From: Azolla caroliniana
Taxonomy: Eukaryota > Plantae > Polypodiophyta
Direction of reading: 5' to 3'
Assembly: GCA_043228905.1 (NCBI GenBank)
Contig: JBHGNT010000022.1
Coordinates: 5,580,001 to 5,644,000 of the forward strand
Length of the DNA stretch: 64,000 nucleotides
In this document: positions 1 through 11,524 of the stretch, in pieces
Numbering within the stretch: the first letter of the stretch is position 1
Layout of the letters: every line of letters starts with the position of its first letter
Translations under genes and position numbers: made by a program
The notes under the pieces: generated by a model
What the model was told of the DNA's origin: nothing
Databases searched by the model: none
The model's input: the letters and a program-made list of their open reading frames with translations, nothing else

Positions 1-479
1 AGAGATCCGAAACCAGATCGATGAACCCGGTGAGAACCATAAGAGAAGACAGATTTGTAAATATGTCTTGAATCAACCCATTGAGGCTATATTTGTAAAT
101 AGCCCTAAGTTCATATAACTATAAATAGGACTTAGGGCAATCACTTTTGGGTGTGGTAGTAGATTGTGTTGTTGTCATATTGTTGTAACTGTTGTATAGA
201 GTGAGATGGAGAGAGAGAGAGAGAGATGCAGAGCTATACTCTGTTGTAACCGCCATTGTGTGAAGAAAACATAGCTTGAGGTGATTGCCTCCAAATCTCT
301 GATTGTACCCCTTCTCTTCATAGTGATAGTTCGGAGTCTGTGTGCTCCCGTGGTTTTTCCCTATTAGGGTTTTCCACGTAAACATCCTGTGTCATTTTTC
401 TTGTGCACTCTTCTTCTTTCCCATTTCTATGATTCAAGACTCGGTTGGGGCTGAGCGACATTCCGCATATTTCTCATCA
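1..479 (+). mobile_element. Copia family-1 LTR (3' part; solo or 3' LTR) inserted in gypsy element B
   Basis: Homologous to the LTRs at 13161-13687(-), 33173-33680(-) and 46917-47667(+) (shared ggctatatttgtaaatagcc, tataaat, gactcggttg). Ends ttctcatca at 479 with no PBS after it. Confidence 0.8.
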
Positions 480-782
480 ATTATTACTTACATTAATAGT
501 AATTGGTTCTATCCCCTAGGCACCATGCAAAGAGTTATTTCTTTAAAACCTATTCTGTCCTCTTCTGTTTCACCACAGAGACAGAAACAGATTCGTACTG
601 AACGATTTTCTGCCTATAATCACGATAGCCTTAAGCTTGCGTCATCTCCACCATAGCACTTTAATTTCTTGTCTGAAGACGAAAATATGCCGATTCTTGT
701 TTCTGATAACTTGCGCTAGTGGCTCGTCAACAAAAATATGCAAGGGTTCAGCCAAGTGGCAGAAGCAGAACCCCATCCTCGT

Positions 783-2240
783 GCTGCAGAACTTTTGCAA
801 CAGATCGATGTTTCAAAAATCACGAATAAAAAGGTACGCCGAATGTTGAACTTGAGAAGAGAAGGTTTTGATATGGTCTAGGAAATGGACAAAGACATGC
901 TCAGGTCTTATTTCGGAGAATATTCTCCCTTGGCCAAAGCTTTTCAAACGTAGGGAGGGGAAGATGATTTTTTTCATGAAGTAGCGAAATTTTTGTTGGA
1001 AGTGGGATTTGTCAGTTCTCGATTTTACTGTATGCCCAAGAAAAGGGTCGGGTTCATACTCGCCACATATGAGGGTGAGGTTTTCGACTGGGGGTTGCTG
1101 TTAGCAAAAGCTCTAAGGGAGCTGCTACATGGGTTACAGAAAGGGAAACCAATGAAACAATTATTTGGTCGATGGTTGTAGGTATGGTTTCCAACGCAAG
1201 GGTCGGAAAACTGATCAAAAGAACAAAGGTCGCCCCGACCACAACAAGCATCCTGGCCCCGAAGACAAGTGCAACGAGAGGAGTGGCAGGAAGGAGAATC
1301 CACGCGAGTCGACACCACTCAACTGCAACCTTAACAACAATCGGTATCCTCATGAGTACTAGAGTTGACGCAAAATCAAGAGTCGGCAGCACAACCACAA
1401 CCTAAAAAACAACCCGATCCACTGGCCACAACACATCCAATCTCACAACCACCTCGACCCAATCAGGAGTCAACATATGTCGTAACTAAACAACCAACAC
1501 AAAGAAAGAGTCGAGTAAAACAAAGGGCTCAACGATTTCCACGGACTCAGCAAGAGGAGCCTACGCAGAAGAAACAAAGAACAGACGACCAGGACACAGT
1601 AACCACACAGGTACCTCGTGTCAATCCTAATGACACAACTAGAATTCAGAAAGGGCAGTCGTCAATAACCACGGTCCAAGAAGCAACTAGATTCTCCGTA
1701 ATTCCGCCAACAACACATGTATTGGCAACCATTTTGCAATTTGGAACATCTTATGAATTAGTAGAATGGTTAGCTCATAGGTTACAAGAGGTGTCGGAGA
1801 GAATGGTACAAGAGCACCCGGATCAGATAATGATCCAAAAATCATTAAGTGGAGTTGTTGAGCCGTAGGAGCAACAAGACATCGATCGAATTGGCCAACA
1901 ACGAAGTACAAAGAATAAAGACGAAGCCATCCAGATGCCACCATTGCATGAGGCTCTAGTAGAAGTACCTCGAGAATATGACAAGGCCAGCCAAGCAGCC
2001 ATAGATATGGCTGATTTGTACAAGAAGGCAACAACAACGTCAGATATTTTAAATGCACAATGTACAAGAACACAAGTTGAAAACCAGTAGTTGTCAGAAC
2101 GTCTTCGACAAATAGAAGAACAACTGCAGAAAACAAAAGAGGAAATGTTGCAGCAGGCGGCAACAACCAGACTCTTAGAATCTGAGCAAGAACTGCAACA
2201 GAAATTACACCATGTAGAAGCAGCGCTCAGGGAGGCTTAA
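783..2240 (+). pseudogene. Degenerate extra ORF (eORF) of element B: conserved N-terminal domain, low-complexity linker, Q/E-rich tail
   Basis: ORF pieces 993-1181 and 1365-1868 plus in-frame upstream sequence align by eye to 8820-11260; several stops and frameshifts. Confidence 0.65.
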
Positions 2241-2436
2241 ACCAGATTCCAGGCCTTGGCGCACCATCGCCTGTAGCACCATCACCACCACCAGCGACTC
2301 AAGATCCAAAACAATCTACAGAATGATGAAGGCAATGCAACAACCCGAACCCTCATTGTTTGATAGTTTGCAAGACAACGCTGAAGATTAATTGGATGAG
2401 AACCTTCCTTCCGAAAAGCAGGAATAGAAGGGTGTC

Positions 2437-2476
2437 GTGGTTTCGCCGGGCAAGGCCCTGGCCCACGGGTGTGCCA
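2437..2476 (+). other. tRNA-3'-end-like hairpin module occupying the PPT position of element B
   Basis: gtggtttc-gcc-gggc-aag-gccc-t-ggc-ccac-gggtgtgCCA, then 2 nt, then the LTR TG at 2479. Confidence 0.8.
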
Positions 2477-3320
2477 AGTGTTACCCGGACAAAGGGGCGG
2501 TTAGTCAAGTGGAGAAGCGTCAGAGTCGGAAATGTCAGAGTCAGAGTCAGAGTCAGAGTCAAATCAATAAAGAGGATTGATGAGTCAGCATTTTGCCAAA
2601 TATAATTAAAAACCGAAAATATAGTTAGTTATAGATTTTGTAATTCTTGTCATTCTGGCAGTATGTTTCTTGATGACGAAGTCCTTTCAGTTGCCTATAA
2701 AAGGAATCGAAGGCATTGTAAAAACTATCGTTTATTTTAGTAATATAAGTTAGCTGTAGGAAATCTCGGTGTGCAATTATTTCTTCTAATCTATTTCCAT
2801 CTTAATATAACTATATTACATAAGTAACGATCTCGGTGTATGCATAACATCGATATTATTACAGTAACTTAATAGTCATTCCTCTAACCACAATTCATCA
2901 ATAGAACGTTCGGTAAACAACGTTCGACTTATACTATGTCGACAATATAGTTTATTGTCGGCCGGACAACAACCTCCGTGGTTGACAACACAACCGTCTT
3001 CTGTAGCCTCGACTGCCATGATACAGCTCCCCCTGCATAAGTCAAAACATATCCAGATGTAGATAGGCTGGTATCCGCATCGCCGACATATCTGAATCCA
3101 TGAATCCGTCAAGTTGGGGATTACCGGAGCTGAACCGGAGGCACATACTCGAAGAGCCTTTCAGATACCAGACTATCCACTTGACCGCGTTCCAATGCTC
3201 TTTGCCGAGATTGCTCATGAACCGGCTCACCAGTCTGCATATCCGATATCCGGCCAGGTACATACCATTGCGTACATCAAGCTCCCAACGGCAGAGGCAT
3301 ATGGTATCTTTATCATATCT

Positions 3321-6300
3321 TATTGAGATATCAAGCTCAACTAGTTTAATCTAGTTAGTCAACACATGTAACTTAGTAGTTACCTAGATCAAATCTAGTT
3401 AATGTGTTGACCTTAAGCCTTTAAATTGGACCTTGTACTTAAGTGGGATATTCTAGATCCTCCACTCCTTAGTACATTTAATGTAGGACTTACACATAAG
3501 TACCTATGTTCTACCCACACATGTGCACCTTTGCACATGGGTTGTATATATACCTCATTGTGGGTATTTTTGTATGTTGATGACACTTTTCAATATAGTC
3601 AATCATCCCCCATTTATCTTCGTGTTCATAAGTGTAACTTCCTCTCTCTCTCTCTTCCTCTCACACACTCTCACGCGCATATCATACTAATCTTCCGCTG
3701 CTTAACGTAACCATATAATTAGTCTCTAATTAACCCTACTTAATTACCTAATTACTTAACATCGTATTACAGTGCGTGGTTTAGGAAATCCACTAAGCCC
3801 ACCGCTTATTCGTGATTGTGTGTTCAAGACGCCGACAACAAATCTCGGCTATTCGCTATCCGCTACCGTAGTGCCGCTATGAAGGACGTGTACGCGACCA
3901 AGAGAAGAAAAACGAAACAGAAGCCATCAAGGAACCTTCACAAGAAGGGGGAGCTTCCACGCCGAACAAGGTCGGCGAACGACGCCACCTACGTGCAACT
4001 ATTGCGGCAAAATTGGCCATCGTAAAGAGGAGTGCCGAAAAAGACGAAGCGAGTCGGCTTCAACAAGCCGGGAACTCACAAATTACGCCGCGAACGCGGA
4101 ATACGCGGACTACGGCAGACTCTTCGTGATGAGGCATAGAGTGAACTCTATGATGGCCTCCGATCCCGCAAACTCCGCAAGCACCTCCAACTCCGAACAC
4201 GCGTGGTTCGTAGACTCCGGCGCCTCGCACCAAGAGTGGTTTCGCGACTTGCGAACGCCGGATTGACCCGGCTACATAGAGACTGGAGACGACACTTCAC
4301 ATCCCATTCGGCACATCGGCGATGTCCCATTCGGGAAAGAATGCTAGCAAACCTGTATCAAGAATGTCTTGCATGTGCCCACAATAACAAAGAATTTGGT
4401 CTCAGTCGGCCAAATCGCGGAGCAAGGCATGCAAGTCCGCTTCAACAATGAAGGTTGCTTCATCGAGAAAGACAGCCGACTCATAGCCAAGGGATGGAGA
4501 GACGGTCGCTTGTTCATCCTCAACTCGAACGAGGTAAAATCGGCCATGTACGCCAAAGGTCTCAAGACCAAGACAAACATCGAGTTGTGGCACAAGAGAA
4601 TCGGCCATGTAAACCTCCATCGGCTTCGCGGAATGCAATCAAAGGGAGTCGTAATCAGACTTCCGGCCTTCGAGTCGAAACGAGTCGACCGAGTATGTGA
4701 ATTGTGTCAACTCGGCAAACAACATCGCCTCCCATTCCCAAAGGAGAGCTCCGCAAGCAAAGGCCTCCTCGACGTCATACACTCGGATGTATGGGGACCG
4801 GCTCAAACGCCGACAATCAGCGGATGCCGATACTATGTCACCTTCATCGACGACCACTCGCGCTACGTGTGGATATACCCGATGAAGAAGAAGAGTGAAG
4901 TGCTCTCCCACTTTCAAAGACTCAAAAGCCAAGTGGAGAAAGAAACCAGTCGGCACATTCAATGCCTACGATCGGATGGAGGAAAGGAGTACTTCTCCGT
5001 TGAGTTCACCTCCTACCTCCAAGGTGAGGGCATTCGTAGAGAATTCTCATGCCGACACACTCCCCAACAAAATGGAGTCGCCGAAAGAAAGAATCAGAAA
5101 ATACTTGAGGTAGAACACGCAATGATGCATGAGAAGCATATGCCGAATTTCTATTGGGCCGAAGCGGCATCCACGGCCGTCTATCTCATGAACCGGTGCA
5201 CCACCAATGGAGTCCATGAGCTAACTCCATATGAGCTCCTCGTCGGAAGGAAGCCCATCCTCTCGCACCTCATGGTGTTCGGAAGCATTGCGAATATATG
5301 CATCCCGAGCGAAAATCGAGAGAAGCTCGACCCGAAGTTGGAAGAATGTATCCTCATAGGATACTTGTCCGCGAAAAGGGCATACAAGTACTTCAACCCT
5401 TCAACCTGAGTGGTGCGGATAAGTCATGATGTCGTTTTCAACGAATCGGCATCTTGGTATAAGCTTGATGCGACTCCATCCGACCCGATCGAGGAAGAGT
5501 TGAACGCGAACTCGGACGACGAAACTCGGCCAAGTCCTCCACCGAAGGACAATCCAAGCTCTACCGAGCTAATTGGCCCACAAGAGCCTCCACGCGATGA
5601 AAACACGTCGCGGCCAAGTCTGACATCGGACAAAGGCTAAGGTAAGATGCTCGAATACGAAATCGAGGTCCACCCCGACGACCATGATTCGGATGATTCG
5701 GCTCACTCATTAGACAGTGAGTTCGGTGTACCCATCATGAGGACACCCGGAGTAAAGAAAGCGCTCACATCGACAAACGAGAAACTCCGCCGCTCATCAC
5801 GAGTGAAGACCCAAGTCACTCGTTACGCCTACAATGAGTATATGGCCCATCATTATGCCCTCGCGATGAAGGTAGTGGCAGAACAAGAGCTTGAGGATCC
5901 AAGCCTTCGTCACAGGCTTGAGGGGGAGAATAAGCCGCGAAGAGCCGCGGAGAGCCGTGCAACGAGGCCGCGAAGACGCGGAGAGCCGCACAACGAAGCC
6001 ACGAAGACGTGAAGAAAGCCGCGCAACGCCGCGAAGAAAGCCGCAAGCCGCACCGATGCCAACGAAGCCGAAGGAAGCTAAACCGGACGTTGGACGCCTC
6101 ACAGTTGAGCTTGAGGGGGCGTGTTGAGATATCAAGCTCAACTAGTTTAATCTAGTTAGTCAACACATGGAACTTAGTAGTTACCTAGATCGAATCTAGT
6201 TAATGTGTTGACCTTAAGCCTTTAAATAGAACCTTGTACTTAAGTGGGATATTCTAGATCCTCAACTCCTTAGTACATTTAATGTAGGACTTACACATAA

Positions 6301-6564
6301 GTACCTATGTTCTACCCACACATGTGCACCTTTGCACATGGGTTGTATATATACCTCATTGTGGGTATTTTTGTATGTTGATGACACTTTTTAATATAGT
6401 CAATCATCCCCCATTTATCTTCGTGTTCATAAGTGTAACTTCCTCTCTCTCTCTCTCTTCCTCTCACACACTCTCAGGTGCATATCATACTAATCTTCCA
6501 TTGCTTAACGTAACCATATAATTAGTCTCTAATTAACCCTAGTTAATTACCTAATTACTTAACA
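3321..6564 (+). mobile_element. Internally deleted Ty1/copia family-2 element A (LTRs 3321-3761 and 6122-6564)
   Basis: Near-identical ~442-bp LTRs, TSD tatct/tatcc, degenerate iMet PBS at 3762, PPT 6107-6121. Most of gag and the RT-RH region are deleted. Confidence 0.92.
4369..5409 (+). pseudogene. Copia integrase region (GAG-pre-integrase HHCC plus rve core)
   Basis: LWHKRIGH..CELCQLGK, IHSDVWGP, LRSDGGKEY, PQQNGVAERKN. Confidence 0.92.
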
Positions 6565-8317
6565 TATCCGTCTTCTCCACCTTCGTCCTTGGGCTTTGTT
6601 TTCCGGATAGCTTGCAGTTTTCCGGAAGTGTCGATTCGACCGGTTTCGCCTCCGACATGTTGAACCGTTGAAGCACGTTTATCACGTACTTCTCCTGTGA
6701 CAACTACAACAACTTCTTCGACCAGTCCCAGATTATGTGCATTCCCAATATCTGTCTTGCCGGCCCCAAGTCTTTCATTGAGAAGGTCTGGTTTAGAGCC
6801 ATTTTCAGCATCCGAATCTTGCCTTGGTCTCATCCGACGATCAACATATCATCCACATATAGGAGGAGTATCAGGAAATCTCCTCCATCAAATTTCCTCA
6901 CAAACACGCAGTGATCGGCCTGCGTGTTGTGGTATTCTTGGTCAGTCATGAAGGAGTTGCACTTCCGGTACCATTGCCAGGGAGCTTGCTTTAGTCCGTA
7001 TAGGCTCTTCTTTAGCTGGCACAAAAGGTGCTCCTTCCCTTTCCTTTTAAATCCTTCCGGTTGATGCATGTAGATCTCTTCTTCGAGGTCGCCATGTAGG
7101 AATGTCATCTTGACGTCCAGTTGCTCTACCTCAAGGTCCATGCTTGCCGCTATGCCCAATACCGTCTAGATGGATGTCATCTTTACTACCGGGGCAGAGA
7201 TCTCGTCACAATCCACTCCTTTCTTCTGCTGGAAGCCCTTCACCAAGATTCGAGCCTTATACCTTGGTGGATTTCCGGCATCTCCCAGTTCCGGAGTGCT
7301 CTCTTCTACTTCGGGAACTCCGTCAATTCATATGTACGGTTCGCATGCAGGGAATCCATCTCGTCCTGGATAGCACTCAACCACTTGCAGCTGTGGGTGT
7401 CTCTGTCTGCATCTTTGAAGCTTTCCGGCCCCCCCTCCTGGATTAACAACACATGCTCTGCATCCGGAAATCTTCGGGATGCTCTTCTCTCTTGGAAAGG
7501 ATATCTCTGTCCCTGGTTTCTGACTACCGGTTTCTCCGTCAGTTCTGAATCCAAATCCGATTTTGGACCTTGTTCAATTCTGGTGTCTTCTCATTCTTCT
7601 TCATCTTCTCCTTCGGTCGGTTCGGATTCTAGTCCGAATCCGGCCGGTTCGTTGAGTGTCATCCGGTAAACGGCTAACATCCGGTTTTCCACCGGCTAGG
7701 TCCTTGTGTCCTTTGACAGGTTTTCATTGGATGATCCGGAGTTGATCATCTTCTTCTCCGACTCCCAGTCGGCAATGGTCCTGTCTTGCATGAAGACTAT
7801 GTCCTGACTCTGGAACACCTTCTTGTCGACCATATCTTACACCCGGTTGTTACCGGCCGGCAAAGAAGGCTTAAGGAGGTCCAAACCAGAGTGTGAAAGG
7901 AATAGTTATTCGGGAGCTGTTGTAATTAGTAGTCTTAATATATACATATTATTATATAAGAAGATGTGGACGGACGGAACGGAATCGGTATGCCGATCCG
8001 GATCCGGAATGATTCCGTAAAGGTGCCGATTGGCACCGTTTTTTATTTCGCACCGAAGACCTATATAAAGGCCCGGTTATAATGTAATCAGGAGCGGATA
8101 ATTAATAAAGCTTATTGTCTTAATCCTCAAATGTTGATTACCGTTCTGTAATTATTGTCATATCTTACGTGTGTTAATTACGGATGGCTAAGTAATCGAT
8201 TAAGGTCTAATTAAGTGTTGTGCCGTAAGTCATTCTGTCATACCACCCTTTGATGACATGTCTTAAGTGGACACCCTGTGTTAGGCTGTTGTCCAGCCCT
8301 AGCAATAACACAGTTTT

Positions 8318-8328
8318 TGGCGACCACG
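8318..8328 (+). promoter_or_regulatory. Primer-binding site of element C (tRNA-Arg(UCG)-like)
   Basis: TGGCGACCACG 7 nt after the 5' LTR, complementary to a ..GTGGTCGCCA tRNA end (isoacceptor from recall). Confidence 0.7.
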
Positions 8329-8826
8329 ATGGGATTCATACGGAACTTGGAAGTAACCATCGGGGGCCACACATTCCGAATCTCAGCCGTAGTTCTCCAG
8401 TTGTAGGCTCAAGGAGCGTACCCATTATTGTTGGGACGCCCTTGGTTAAAAACGGCACATATCAAGCAGAACTGGAGGAGGAATATGATTACGTTCCGGT
8501 GGGGAAAAGCGAAGGTACGTGTACCAACACAACAAAGGAAGGGCACCGGCAAGGATCTGACACCATTATATGCGGAGTGTGTCAATATGCTGGAGGGATT
8601 AGCAGACGAAGAAGAAGAGCAATACTTGCTGGAGAACCCGAAGATTGTACCCCTATTCGAAATTGACATCGCGGAAGCGGTATCACCCAATTACTGCAAC
8701 CGGACGAAACCGAAGCGGAACCGGATAAAGAAGCAATCCGGGAGTTACGACATGCGTAGGAGGCATTGGAAAGGGAAATGGCCGTATCCCAGCACGTAAA
8801 AGCGTCCTAATTAGAAGAGGTGATCA

Positions 8827-11260
8827 TGGAGGAGGCGATCCGTGCGTTAATAGGCCTTCCGGAGGGAGGTATCTACACGATCGACAATCCTACCCCCGAG
8901 CAACTCATCAAATATTTCGGTGAGTACTCTCTAGCCAGCAAGGGCTATAGGACATAGGGCGGCGAAGATATGCTATTCCGTGAAATTGCCCGTGTGCTCC
9001 ACGAGTTCGGCCACGTGTACCCTCGACCCCCCGTCATGTCTCAGAACCGAGCAGGCTTGATCATCACAACGTACGAAGGGGTCAAGGTAGATTGGCTGGT
9101 GCTGATCGCCGACGGGCTGTGTACGGCGATTGATATAGTAAGAGGAAAGGACGGCAAGGAAGGCCGGAAAATATGGCATGCGGTGACACAATGGCTCACC
9201 CTGTTAGCGCCACCGGTTGAACCCGTCCAAACCAAGAAGCGGGTAAGAGCAACGGACGGCACCCCGAAACCTGCTTCGAAACGACAACAACTGTTGGTCT
9301 CCAAGGCCACTAAGGGGAAGACTGCCGAAGCAGAGAAGGCGGCGAAGGAGCGCGCCAGCCAGAAGCGACCGACGGACACGCACGAGGAGACACCGATACG
9401 GCCCTTGAAGAGCCCACTCCACCGACCGGGGCAACAGGAAACGGACACCTTGGCGGCAAGAATGAATGACGGGACTCATGCGGAAGAAATGGAGGAAGAA
9501 CCCACGGAGCACCTCCAGCGGAGGCTGGTGAAGAGCACCACTGAATCAGCCGGGAAGCGTTCGGACCCACAGAAGGATGGAACGCCCGCAACTCATGCTG
9601 AGCAACCCACGCCAAGGGAGGCATCGGAATCAGTTCGGATGGAACCGGTCACAGAAGTCCCGGCACAACAGGTAGCACCGGCAAGCCCCGTCACCCAAGA
9701 GCCGGAGATACAAAGGCCAACCGCCCCAGCCGGCCAAGAACAAGTAGACAAGGGGCGACTAGCCAAAACACACTCAGAGCCGGAACGGCAAAGTGGTCAG
9801 CTGGCAGCACCAGAAGCGCAGCTTGACGCAGAAAGGTGGGACCAGCCACCGGCGAGTGAACCCATCAGCCAACTCTCCGTGCAAGCGCAACAACAGTGCA
9901 CCGGCAGCCAATGGCTCCGGTGACCAAATTGCCGGAGTAGTCGGCTGCATAGAGGCGGAGGAAAGAGCACAAACGGAACGGTTGCTCGTTACAACCGATG
10001 AACTGGAGACGGCCTGGTCAAGGATCCGATGCCTAGAACAAGACTTGGATCGGATCACAGGAGATATGGCCAAAATGGCCTTAACCGCAACGCAGGTCCA
10101 AGCACAGGTGACTCCGGTTGATGTAAAGAAGAATAAGACCCCGGAGACACAAACTGTCCCAGAGAAAGAGGCGGCACAAACCCAAGAGCTTGCGGAATTA
10201 CGAGATGAGCTCGCCGCACAAGAAGCATTACGGAGCCGCGAAGGCGACTTGAAGAAGGCGGCCGAAGAAGAATTAAGAAAGACTGCTGAGAACCTTCGCC
10301 GGACAGAGGAAAACCTACGTAATGGACATCATGCTTACGACCGGCTGAAGGAGGAAAAAGAGAAAGTGCTGCAGGAAAAAGACAAGTTGCGACGAATGGC
10401 AGAGACAGAAATAGAGAGGCTGAAGGAAGAGCTCCGTCAATAGAAGGACAGGGAGGACCGTGCGCGCCGTCAGATCAACCAACGACTGAAGCAGAAGACC
10501 GATTATTTCGATCATTTGCATCGGGACTACAAGCAGCTGGAGACAGATCATAAGCAACAACATGAACGGATGGTCGAGCTCCGGCAAGAAGTTGATAGGG
10601 CCACAACGACACTCGCTGAAGAACGAGTGGAAAGTTCCAGGCTATTGGAGGAAGCGGCGAATGACCGGATGGAGCTCCACAAACAGAACCATGAAAACAA
10701 GGAAAGAGCGTCAATGGTACTACAGAGGTTGCAAACAACCTATCAAACTCAATTGTTGCATTATAGGGAGCAGGAGGCGGACATGGTTCAGATCATCAAG
10801 CAATTGAAGGAGGAGCAACAAGCCGCAGAAAATAAATCACAGATGGGAGCCGAATGGATCCAGTGCATCCTCCGGTCATGGCTCACTAAGACCAAAAGCT
10901 TGATTGATGACAATTGCTTAGGGCGGAACTCCAATTGCGTAGAATACGGCGGAACTCCAATTGCTTAGGGCGGACGTCGAAAACCGGCGAAAGGAGGGCG
11001 ACGACTGCTATATGCTGACTTCGGAGGACTTCACCACCATTAGGGATGAGCTGGCAGAAGATTTCACAGCCCTGGCAGATGAACAATTGGTGCAGGTCCG
11101 ACAGCTCGTAGCTCAACTGGACGATGATCGGCTAGAGGCTCAAATCCAGTTCGAAAGCTATGAGCGGTCCCGGCTCCGGGAAGAAAAAGCGCGAAAGGCG
11201 GCAACGGTCAACCTTAGTGATGAGGAACCATCGCCGGTGCAAAGACCGGAGGGGGAATAG
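8827..11260 (+). pseudogene. Extra ORF of element C: N-terminal conserved domain, disordered P/Q/E/T linker, long coiled-coil
   Basis: ORFs 8970-9923, 9793-10443, 10516-10968 and 10961-11260 chain together with few lesions; E/K/Q/R-rich heptad-like sequence. Confidence 0.75.
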
Positions 11261-11475
11261 GCTGGGGTCAGTCAGCCACAGACAACTCCGACGGAGGAAC
11301 CAACAACTGAAACACCGGTGCCAGAGCGACAGATGGAGCCACAACCACAAACGGAGCAGCAGCCACAACCACAAACGGAACAACAACAGCAATCACAACA
11401 ACAACAATAGATTCTTGACGAGCCATTAGAAATTTTGGAGCAAAGCATTCTGGACATTTGGACGAAGCGTAAAAG

Positions 11476-11524
11476 GGCCTAATAGTGGGTTCGACGTACA
11501 AGGTACTGTCCCACGGGCGTGCCA
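11476..11524 (+). other. tRNA-Arg-like module occupying the PPT position of element C
   Basis: ggcctaat-a-gtgggttc-gac-gtac-aag-gtac-t-gtc-ccac-gggcgtgCCA, then 2 nt, then the LTR TG at 11527. Confidence 0.85.

Larger units (their letters stand above)
480..2971 (+). mobile_element. 3' part of non-chromovirus Ty3/gypsy element B: degenerate extra ORF plus 3' LTR (2479-2971)
   Basis: The broken ORF (YFGEYS..T*GGED..YEGEVFDW) is homologous to the extra ORF of element C. LTR runs TGTTACC..GGACAACA; copia RNase H sequence resumes at 2972. Confidence 0.8.

Noticed and set aside
8970-11260. Envelope (env) gene
   Set aside because: No signal peptide or transmembrane segment visible; the protein is hydrophilic and coiled-coil.
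11476-11524. Functional tRNA gene
   Set aside because: No anticodon arm or 5' acceptor strand; the T-loop is interrupted and the CCA is genome-encoded.
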